A stretch of DNA of 64,000 nt from Narcine bancroftii (Eukaryota), in assembly GCF_036971445.1 (NCBI RefSeq), contig NC_091476.1, positions 27,280,001 to 27,344,000 of the forward strand. Direction: 5' to 3'. This document shows positions 37,028-47,700 of the stretch, in pieces; within the stretch, counting starts at the first letter, position 1; every line of letters begins with the position of its first letter. The translations under genes and the position numbers were made by a program. Below the pieces are notes generated by a model. The model was not told the DNA's origin. It saw nothing but the letters and a program-made list of their open reading frames with translations, and ran no database searches.

Positions 37028-38997
37028 AGTTACGAGCCCAGAGGACCCCAAAACCCAGCAACCATTTACCAAGACAAATGGTTACTTAAATAAACGTTGC
37101 TTTTAATTATCTTTAAACATGAAAACAGGGTCAAACTTTATCTTATCACTATTAACTTAACTAACCTAACTTAATCCCATTCTAATTCTAAGCGCACATG
37201 TTTCTTTGGCTTGGCTTCGCGGACAAAGATTTATGGAGGGGGTAAATGTCCATGTCAGCTGCAGGCTCGTTTGTGGCTGACAAGTCCGATGCGGGACATG
37301 CAGACACGGTTGCAGCGGTTGCAGGGGAAAATTGGTTGGTTGGGGTTGGGTGTTGGGTTTTTCCTCCTTTGTCTTTTGTCAGTGAGGTGGGCTCTGCGGT
37401 CTTCTTCAAAGGAGGTTGCTGCCCGCCGAACTGTGAGGCGCCGAGATGCACGGTTTGAGGCGATATCAGCCCACTGGCGGTGGTCAATGTGGCAGGCACC
37501 AAGAGATTTCTTTAGGCAGTCCTTGTACCTCTTCTTTGGTGCACCTCTGTCACGGTGACCAGTGGAGAGCTCGCCATATAGCATGATCTTGGGAAGGCGA
37601 TGGTCCTCCATTCTGGAGACGTGACCCACCCAGCGCAGCTGGATCTTCAGCAGCGTGGACTCGATGCTGTCGGCCTCTGCCATCTCGAGTACTTCGACGT
37701 TAGGGATGAAGGCGCTCCAATGAATGTTGAGGATGGAGCGGAGACAACGCTGGTGGAAGCGTTCTAGGAGCCGTAGGTGATGCCGGTAGAGGACCCATGA
37801 TTCGGAGCCGAACAGGAGTGTGGGTATGACAACAGCTCTGTATACGCTTATCTTTGTGAGGTTTTTCAGTTGGTTGTTTTTCCAGACTCTTTTGTGTAGT
37901 CTTCCAAAGGCTCTATTTGCCTTGGCGAGTCTGTTGTCTATCTCGTTGCCGATCCTTGCATCTGATGAAATGGTGCAGCTGAGATAGGTAAACTGGTTGA
38001 CCGTTTTGAGTTTTGTGTGCCCGATGGAGATGTGGGGGGGCTGGTAGTCATGGTGGGGAGCTGGCTGATGGAGGACCTCAGTTTTCTTCAGGCTGACTTC
38101 CAGGCCAAACATTTTGGCAGTTTCCGCAAAACAGGACGTCAAGCACGAAATGTGTGTGTAAATATAGAAAGGTTCTTTGATTCACAGTCCAATCTCACTT
38201 TTCATTCCTCCAAGTTTACTGGTTGCAGATAATTCTTATACTGTGCACGGAATTTAGCATTTATGAAGTTCACCAGGCTTTGGTGCTAGAAAGGTAAATG
38301 GTTACTGCTCAGGAAGGTACTTGTCGGTTTTCAGAGAGAGATTTGTTGTTTGCTGGACACCCACAACTGATTCCTTGTAACCAGCCACTTCAGTGTCTTG
38401 CCAAAGAAACTTGCCCCATCAGGGTTTTCCAGGTGATAACCTCTTTCTTTCAGCACAGAGTTCCTTTTTGTTTCTCTTATTTCAAGAGAAATATTAGGCA
38501 GCCAGTTCTCTCCTCTTGCATGAACCACAAGGGCTTTGACCAGGCTGAACTAAGCACTCACATCCTGTCTTCCAAATGGGGTTTTCCACAAGCTTGCAAG
38601 CTTGCCCTGTTCCAGTCCCAGCTGCTGACTGTAAAACTGCAGAACTGAACTCGGTGTGTGTCTCTCAGAAAAAAAAACCTGTTTGACTCTCTCTGCTTGC
38701 AAAACTACATAACCCTCTTAGAACAGCTAGTTCCACTCCAGATACCCTGTGGCTCTGACAAGTTCTTTCATCTGTTGCCTGTTTGTAAACAACAATCCAT
38801 AGGTGAAGTCTCTTGGGCACTCTCCAAAGCTTTTACAAAGGCTCTTGACAGCAGCCTGTCCAGTATGAGTAGACCTCCAGTATTTTAAATAGATCTGTTT
38901 TTAAAGTGTTTGTATGTGACCTATACTAAAAATCTACCCCAATTTATGTCCCATAAACCCATCTATATACAATACAAACACAACATAATCTATTGCA
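37028..38997. mobile_element. Solo LTR (same family as 9491-10463) interrupted by an RTE LINE
   Basis: Collinear with the 9.5-kb copy on both sides of the RTE. Flanks CTGT and CTAT form a degenerate 4-bp TSD. Confidence 0.75.
37201..38143 (-). mobile_element. Young RTE-clade LINE, 5'-truncated
   Basis: Open 295-aa frame (GLEVSLKKTEVL, FTYLSCTISSD, LRWVGHVSRMEDHRLPK, C-terminal C-x2-C...H) and an intact 3' end. Confidence 0.93.
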
Positions 38998-40149
38998 CTA
39001 TGAGATATCAGTTTACAAGGATCTCAGGCATAGTTGTAATGTCCCAAAGAGCATCCAACTTTTACAAACACAAGAACATAAATTGAAGTAGGACATGAGA
39101 CTATTCCATTATTCAATAAATGTATGACATTTTAAAATCCTCCATTAATCCTAGAATTTGCTGTACATGCTTTAGTCAGTCATTAAAATATCATGTCACA
39201 AAATCAAAGTTCAGATTTATGACATGACATCACATACAAACCTGAGATTCCAGGCCAGGCAGAATTTCTATTTATTGAGTAACTGTACACTTCACTCAAA
39301 AAAAATCTTTACAAAAGAGAAAAATGTAAACAAGGAAAGAAATGCAAACAAAATTACTGTGCAATACAGGAAAAAAATTCATTAATAAATAGCGTGCAAA
39401 ATACACATTGTTGTTTAGAAGTATGTAACCTTTCCTCACTATTTTACAGCATGAGTACTGACATTTTAGCCAAGTCAATTGATTTTCATTAGCTTCGGTC
39501 AACGAGGAGGACTGTGGACAGTTCATTATTGGCAAAAGAATGATGGTTGCACTATTTAGTCCATAAAACTAAATATTGTCAACACTAAAACTCAGACAAA
39601 TTGTTACTTAAATAAACGTTGCTTTTAATTATCTTTAAACGTGAAAACAGGGTCAAACTTTATCTGATCACCACTAACTTAACTAACCTAACTTAATCCC
39701 ATTCTAATTCTAAGCGCACATGCACGTAATGTGTGTGTAAATATAGAAAGGTTCTTTGATTCACAGTCCAATTTATCCAAAACTCAGAGATATACCAGAG
39801 CCAGATATTTACTACCAAAATGGTTTTATGCACCGTTTCAATCTAGGTCTTAAGCATTGTTGATTGTGCCCAGGTGGGGTGGTTGTTCGGATATTTCTCA
39901 CCAGTCGCTGATCTTCCATTGATCGTTCCAATACTATTGCCATTACCAGATGCACGAAACAAAGTTTTCTGATGTGTAAGGTGCACCCTGATGCAGATCA
40001 ATTATTAGGACAGCGAGCCAATGTCAACGATTAGCTAGTTATCTACCACTGAATATCATTCACTAGAGATCAAGTACCAGATACATTGATAAACTATTGA
40101 ATGACATAGAAATTTCCACAAGGAATCAAAGCCGCTCAACTTCCCTGGA

Positions 40150-40560
40150 CGTTATAATTACGGACATCCCTCGTATATCATTCTTGCCCGCTGGGTTCAG
40201 GCCTGTGTGGGCCTCTCCCCGCTGGCCGGTCACTGGACAACCCACTGGGACAACATAGTCTCCGACCCCATACTCCCGGCCGCTGGTCTGGTCTTCCTTC
40301 CTTCCCTCCCTCCCTCCCTCCCTCCCTCCCTCCCTCCCTCCGAATGCACGCTGAGATCTGGAAATGCCTTCATTCCTCACCTTTTCCTGCCTCCGCCATT
40401 ACGGTCTACCCTCTCACCTGGAAAAGCCCGCCCCCGCCAGCGGAAATGATTTCATCTAAATCCCGCCCCCTCCCTGTCAATCATTTCCCAGAGCAGGTTG
40501 CGGAGAATGCATTCCGCAGCTGCAAGCGTGTACATTTAATTCAAGATACACGGTCCCAGA
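40150..40560 (-). promoter_or_regulatory. FUNDC2 CpG-rich promoter / first exon region
   Basis: CpG enrichment, two GC boxes (CCCGCCCC near 40427 and 40462) upstream of the ATG, and a (CCCT)n tract at about 40296-40340 in intron 1. Confidence 0.65.
40381..40399 (-). CDS. FUNDC2: FUNDC2 coding exon 1
   Basis: ATG GCG GAG GCA GGA AAA G|gtgagg (MAEAGK) inside a CpG-rich island. Phase 1 matches exon 2. Confidence 0.75.
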
Positions 40561-41064
40561 CTTTATCGTTCTTGACAGCTTTGTAAATGCACATTGTGAA
40601 AATATGAATGCATGTCAATAATTCCCACCTTGTACATCAAGCAGTGATGACATTAATGAAATAGATCAATATCAAACGTCAGATGTTAGTGCTATATCTT
40701 AATGCAATCTGCCAAAGTCATGTTGGTCGATTTTTATAATTCTTAGATAATGTTTTCCATCGAGGAAGGAGAGGAAATACCAGGAAATCTCGGTGGTGCA
40801 TAACCGTAAATGTCTTCGAAAGAGGGGTCTCTGATGGCTGTCACAGGTAAACATTATTGCCAAGGTCCTCCTTAACTGCTTCCTCTCAGTGACCAAAGAA
40901 CTACTTCCCAAATCACAGTGTGAATTAGATCCACCTAGAGGCAGAGTGGACACAATCTTTATGTTGTTCACGATAATGCAAGGAAACAACATCTGCCATG
41001 ATACACAGTCATCTTCAATCTCATATGCCTTCATCAATCAGAAGGGACTCCAGAATCCCCCCTT

Positions 41065-42845
41065 TGATACACTATCAATAATACCAAATACGAGAGTAGC
41101 CGGACAAAAGGCTTTTTTTTGACTTGGACCATGCTCCTGTTCTGGCTCGATCCCAGGACTCGGACTGAGGGAGAGACTTGGCTTAACTGCCTTTATTTGG
41201 GGATTCCAGGGGGTGGAGTCACCGAGGGAAGGCAGGCTAGCCATGCAGTAACCACGTAACCGTATACAGTGGTGTATCATCACTTTTACCCCCTCTTTTA
41301 AAAAAGTTCTGGGCTGGGGGAAGTCCAGTGTCCATCACAAGTTCAGCCAGTCCGCGAGTCTTCTGCCTTTTGGGGATCGTCATGGTGCCGGCTGTGGTGC
41401 TGCTGCCGGTTCTCAGTCAGGTAGGAGTATGTCAGCAGTTGGTGTAGCCGGGAGTGAGGGCAGGTTGGTCAGTGCAGGAGTCAGGGTGGGGTGGTGGGGA
41501 TCGGCCACGGTGGTTGTAGCAGCTGGTGCCTGAGATGGGGTAGGGTTCCGGGGTGAGGGGTGGGGGGGCGGAGGTGGTGCTGGGTCAGTGATGGTCTTGG
41601 GTCTCCTGCGCAGGTCAGGTCCAAGTCCTGGACAGAGACTGTGTCCTCACATCTATCCAGGTTTGCCACGTAAGCGTACCGGGGGGGGGGGGGGGTGGGG
41701 GGGGTTGGTGTGGAGGAGGTGGACCTTCTTGACCCGTGGGTCAGTTTGTGGCCCTGTACATGCCTCCTGAGCAGAAATGGGCTGGATGGTAGTAAGTGTG
41801 AATGGTAATGTTATCCCCAATGCTGATTTCCTGGGGAAGGAAAACAGTTGAGCTGTGGCATTGGTGGCTGTACTCAGGATGGATCTTATTAAGTGGAGGG
41901 CATCGGGGAGGACCTGCTTCTGGGAGATGGGTAGACCCTTGGGCTCTAATGCTAGAAGGACTGCCTTCCATACCATAGCATTCTCTCGCTCCACCTGGCA
42001 ATTCCCCTGGGGATTATAGCTTGTAGTTCTGCTGGTAGCTATGCCCCACACCAAAAGGTACTGTCACAGCTCATCACTCGTAAAAGAGGACCCCTGATCG
42101 CTGTGGATGTAGCTCAGGTACCCGAATAGGGTAAAGATGTAACAATGGCCTTGGGCATATCTGGACAGGGGATGTCAAAGGGAAAATGGGAGAACTCATC
42201 AACAATGTTGAGGGAGTACAGATTCCAAATGGATGAGGGCAGAGGCCCCTTGAAATCCACGCTCAGGTGCTCGAAGGGTCGAGTTGCCTTGATCAGATGT
42301 GACTTGACGGGTCTGTATAAACATGGTTTGCATTCAGCACAAACCTGGCAGTTTCTAGTCAGGGTCTGGACATCATCGATAGAGTAGGAGAGGTTTTGGC
42401 CTTGACGAAATGAAAAATCCTAGTGACCCTGGGGTGGCAGAGGTCATCGTGGAGGAAATGAAGCCAGTCAGATTGTGAGCTGGCGCACGTCCCCGGGACA
42501 GGGCATCCGGGGACTCATTGAGCTTCCCAGCCTGTATAGGATGTCTTAATTATAGGTGGAGAGTTCTGTCCTCCACCGCAGGATTTTATCATTTTTGATT
42601 TTACCCCGCTGTTTGTTGTGGAACATGAATACGACTGCACGTTGGTCAGTCAGCAGGGTAAATTGCTTACTGGCCAGGTAGTGCCTCCAGTGGTGCATTG
42701 CCTCAACGATTGCCTAGACCTCCTTCTCAATGGAGGAGTGTTGGACCTCAGGGCCGTGGTCGGTGTGGGAGAAGAATGCTACCGGTCTGCCCACTTGGTT
42801 GAGAGTGGCCATTGGGGCGAAATCGGAGGCATCGCTCTCCACAAT
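41065..42845 (-). mobile_element. Truncated Gypsy LTR retrotransposon (RNase H/integrase part plus 3' LTR at 41065-41282)
   Basis: Integrase motifs YIHSDQGSSF and SYNPQGNCQVERENAMVWK. A polypurine tract AAAAGAGGGGGTAAAAG precedes an LTR with TG...CA ends. Confidence 0.85.
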
Positions 42846-43477
42846 GATCAGGTCCATTGTGAAACAAGACTCTGTTACAAGAATGTTTCAAAGCATTCTT
42901 TGTTCTTTCTCAATGCAATGTTGTACATCTCTTCCAATAAATGGAAGCGGAGCTCAGCTTCAAGATTAGTGGGGGTGCCTTGGACATGGTATTGAACCAA
43001 GACTTATTTGATCTAAAGAAGGTAATATTTATCGCACAATCAACATCACTTGTCATTACTACACTGATGTTTTTGTAAGCTTTCTGCAGCAATCTGACTG
43101 CACCTTTCTATGTTATATAGTGATTGTAGTTCAAATACCTATAGCGTGTTCTTCCACATAGATTAGTCATGGAATAGTGCATCACATGGTAAAATGGTGT
43201 TGCCCTTGTTAAATTCTGATTTACCATCAAAAATACTGCAGGAAACATGGGATTTTTATTTTCTGAGGTAAAAACTCACTGTCCCACCTATTTCTTAATT
43301 TTAGGGAGCTAGTCCAAGTTCAAATACTCCTTCGATCTTAGGATCTCCCAAAAAATAAGTACACTCAATATCCTCTGGATCTATGTGACATGGGTGGGGG
43401 AGGGAGGGTTAAACTAGATTGACATGGGGGTGGAGTGGAACCAAAGAGACAGTTAGTGTGTAAGTAGATACAGCTGG

Positions 43478-43530
43478 ACTTTTTACCCCCTCCATAAATC
43501 TTCGTCCGCGAAGCCAAGCCAAAGAAGAAG
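43478..43530 (+). mobile_element. 53-bp RTE 3' stub with a 12-bp TSD
   Basis: AGATACAGCTGG at 43466-43477 and 43531-43542 flanks the family 3' terminus. Confidence 0.85.
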
Positions 43531-43559
43531 AGATACAGCTGGTAGGGTAAAATTGCAGC

Positions 43560-44390
43560 CATGGGGATGAGTGGCATACAACAAGGACACAATCAAAAAG
43601 TGATAAATACAGGGCTTAAGGTTTTGTACTTACATGCACACACCATGAAGTTGATGACCTTGTAGTACAGCTGCAGATTATGATGTTGCCATCATGGAAT
43701 TGTGGCTGAAGGATGGATGTCATCAGAAGCTGAATGTCCAAAGATACACAGTGTATTGAAAGCATAGACAGGTAAGGAGAGAGGGTGGTGAGGCTCTGAT
43801 GGTAAGGAACAACATTAAATCATTGGAAAGAGGTGACATAGGATCAGAAGATGTAGAATCATTGTGGACTGAGTTAAGAAATGACAAGGATAAAAAGACA
43901 CTTGGCAGTTGTATACAGATCTACAAACAGTAGCTGGGATGCGGACAATAAATTACAACAGTAAATAGAAAAGGTGTGTCAAAAGGTTGTCATGGGGGAT
44001 TTTAACATGCAAGAAGATTTGTAAAACCAGGTTGGGACTGGATCTAAAGAGAAAGAATTTGTAGAATGTCCATAAGATTGCTTCTTGAAACAGCTTGTAG
44101 CTGAGTCGACCAAGGTAATAGCAATTCTGGATTGGGTATCGTGTAATGATCCAGAGATGATAGGAGAGATCAGGGTTAGGGAACCCTTAGGAGGCAGGGA
44201 TCATAATATGATAGAATTCACCCTGGAGTTTGAGAGGGAGATACTATAATCAGAGGTGTCAGTGTACCAGTGGAACAAAAGAGACGACAGAGGTCTGAAA
44301 GAGGAATGTGGCAAAGTAAATTAGAAAGGAACACTAACGGGGAGGACAGGAGAGCAGCAATGCTGGAAGTTTTGTGAGAAATAAGATATA
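43560..44390 (+). mobile_element. CR1 LINE endonuclease-region fragment (decayed)
   Basis: RGGE.ALMV, VESLWTELRN, VMGDFNM and LGGRDHNMIEF motifs. Confidence 0.75.
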
Positions 44391-44782
44391 GAACCACTGA
44401 AATTATCTGCAAAGCCTGTTTCTTTCTCATTTATTTGTTTTACAGTAGGAGGTTATCACAACAATGTTTTAGTTTGATGACCTTCCATTAGTTCTGATGA
44501 AAGTTCATCAACCTGAAACATTAACACTATTTCCTTTTCAATAGACGTTTCTCTTTCAGATTTCTAGTGACTAGTATCTAGTATTTGTTGCGTTTCAGTC
44601 AATAAGAGAAATCAATAACATGAGAGAACATTGCAATAAGTGCTGAAGATACAATAGAACACATATATATTTTTCAAAATTTATTGACATTGTAATCAGA
44701 ATCAGAATTTATTGCGATGAACATGTCATGAAATTCATTGTTTTGCGGCAGCATCACAGAGCAAATATTGCTGTAAAATTAC

Positions 44783-47700
44783 TGTGGTGCAACCACTGTA
44801 TTGTATGTATTATATGAACTGGCCCGCCCTCTGCACCTGTGACACCTCCCTCCAGGAAATTCCTATAAAGCCTGTGGCGTCTAAACTCCTCCCTCAATAC
44901 CTGCCTTGGAACCGGGCCAGCCAACATGTGAGCTGTGTTGATGTCTTAAGGCAGGGGTGTCAAACTCAAATTCACAGAGGGCCAAAATTAAAAACTTGGA
45001 CTAAGTCGTGGGCCAAACTAAATATTTATTGAAAATTTTCAACAACATCTGCATGTTTCCTCTTCTTTCAACATATGTAATGTTAAACTTTTTCTTATTA
45101 AAATAAATGTTTAATAATAGTTTTGGTTAAACTCTTTCCAGAAGAAGCATTAATAAATGAGAAATAAAATATAAAATAAAGTTTGCTGTAAAACCAGACT
45201 TCTTTTCATCTCCTCCACCTTCTGGAACTTTTGCTTCTCGTTCAGATCCTTATACCTGTCCTGGTGTTTCGTTTCATAGTGTCGTCGTATGTTATATTCT
45301 TTAACTACAGACACGCTGGCTCCACACACAAGACAAGCAGGTTTGTCTTTTAAAATGATGAACATGTAGTCTGCCTCCCACCTGTCTTGAAAGGTCTTGT
45401 TTTCTGTCTTTCGTTTGGCCATTTTTCGTAAGGGGTTTATTACGTGTGAGTTGGGCGACAGGTCACAGATGCTAATGACAGTAAAGAGAGGAGGTGGGGG
45501 CGATTAGCGGGCTGACGGGCCGGCGCCAATGCATTTGCAAAGCATTCTGGGATTTGTACTGGCGCGGCGGCCAGCGGGCCAGCTCTAATACATATTTGAT
45601 ATGATCTTGCGGGCCAAATATAATTATATCACAGGCCAAATTTGGCCCGCGGGCCTGAGTTTGACATGTGTGTCTTAAGGTGATTAAAGCCTGTTAATCA
45701 TGACTCTCTGTCTAATGTGGTTGATTGATAGCACTAAAATTTAATCACTTTAAATTTTTGGGCATGGACAAGGCAATACGGGCGGATAAACTGGACACTG
45801 ACCCTAAAGATCTGGAGGCTTCAGTTAAATTTGATCAAAGGATGCACTGCCTCAGCGCTTTGATAAGATGCAATGACGTGCAGAGTGAGGAAGACAAATG
45901 AGATCTATTCTTCGTTCAGGTTGGCCACCGAGTCTTCCACATGATAGAGACTGCACAACTTACTCAGTCGCAATGGAGCTCCTGCAGAAACAGTATCAGA
46001 CCCCAACGAATGTCATTCATGCCAGATTCCTCCTGGGCAGTTGTAGACAAGTGCCTGGTGAGTCAGTCGATGAATACCTGTGGGTCCTGTGGGAGCTGGG
46101 GCAAGCCTAAGACTGCTGAGAAGTTGTTGCTGCTGCCCATCTAGAAGGCCTGATACGCAATACATGTGTGTTTGGGTTCAAGTCTGATCACGTCAGGCAG
46201 AGACTCCCGGAAAAGGCCGATCAAAACCTGCAAGAAGTAGTTGACCTAGCTAAACTGCTTGAGATAGCACAGCTGAACACAGAGGTCATCTCCTCAGGGA
46301 ACGCAGCCACCACATGGGGAGTTTGGGTGCTGCCATCTTGGGATGCGGGGTCCCAAGTCACCATCGCTGCCATCGAGCACCAGAAGTGCTACTTCTGCAG
46401 ACACGTGAAGCATCCCCGAAAGAACTGCCCAGCCTGAAACACTACATGCTGCACCTGCAGGAAGAAAGGACACTACGGAAGGTATGTAGGTCCCAACCTT
46501 TCTCCAGCAGTGCTGCATACGGCCAGCAGCTGCTGCCATCTTGGAGCATGCCATTTCCGGTTGCAGAAAACAACTTGGTGGGACCATGGGGGCATCAAAA
46601 TGGGACAGCATCACTTCTATCATCACTGCCAGTGGCAAGGAGCAGCACCGCGTGCACAACATACGGCAGCCATTTTGGCAGGTGCCCCCAAACCAACTAT
46701 ACAGTAGTGACTCAGACCATGACCAGACATTGGCCTCGATTACCCTGGATCAGGAGAGCCCATGTCAACTGGCCAGGGCCATGATGTACATCGAGGTAAA
46801 TGGTCACATCACAAACTGCTTATTTGATACAGGAAGCACCAAGAGCTTCATTCATCCAGTCACAGTGCAGCACTACTCCCTTACAGTAACCCAGGCACAT
46901 TGTAAAGTCTCCCTGATCTCCAAATCCCACTTGGCTGAGATCCGTGGTTGCTGAATCATGGCACTGACTAGTACGGAGTGTAGAGAATAGGAACTTTAAA
47001 CTCCTTAACATGCCACAGCTCTGTGCACCAGTCTTACTGGGACTGGACTTCCAGTGCCAGCTAAAGAGCATCCAAATGCAGTTTGTCGACCCACATCCAC
47101 AACTACAAATTCTTAAACCACCCAACCCCCCTGCCGAGGAACATGACATGGTCTCTCTACCCTATGGGTCCCACCACCACCCCTGACTGCAAGCTGGTCA
47201 CCACCAAGACGGAGCCTTCATCAAAGCAGAAGTCATTCGGTTTCTGGCAGAGGGGATCATAAAACCCAGCACCAACCTCTGGATGGCATGTGATGGTTGT
47301 TAAGAGTGGAGAGAAACACCGCATGGTGATATGACTACAGCCAGACCATAAACCATTTCACCCAGCAGGATGCCTACACTCTTACCTGTATCGCCAACAT
47401 GGTAAAAGAGATTGGCTAGTTCTGGGTCTTCTCAACTATCGATCTCAAATCAGACTATTACCAACTACTGATCCATCTGGAGGACAGCCCATTCACTGCC
47501 TTCTAAGCAGATGGCTGCCTCCACCACTTCTTCCGTCCATTTCGGGGTTACCAATGGTATCTCTGTCTTCCAGAGGGAGATGGACTAAATAGTGGATGAC
47601 TATGGACTCAAGGCCACATTTCCTTACCTGGACAATGTGACCACCTGTGGCCATTACCAGTAGGATCATGATGCCAACCTTCAGAAATTTCTCCAGGTGC

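Noticed and set aside
28147-40399. Calling the FUN14 gene FUNDC1
   Set aside because: Its position next to CMC4 and BRCC3, and residues such as ANHTGY, FFLLQ and VKKN, favour FUNDC2. A phylogeny is still needed to be certain.
40126-40586. ORFs around the FUNDC2 promoter (REGG and PPSL repeats)
   Set aside because: They are produced by the (CCCT)n tract and GC-rich DNA. The plausible coding part is the 19-nt exon at 40381-40399.
45150-45422. GTF2IRD2/EPM2AIP1-like domesticated gene
   Set aside because: Only the N-terminal 83 or so residues of a transposase remain, inside TIRs with an 8-bp TSD.
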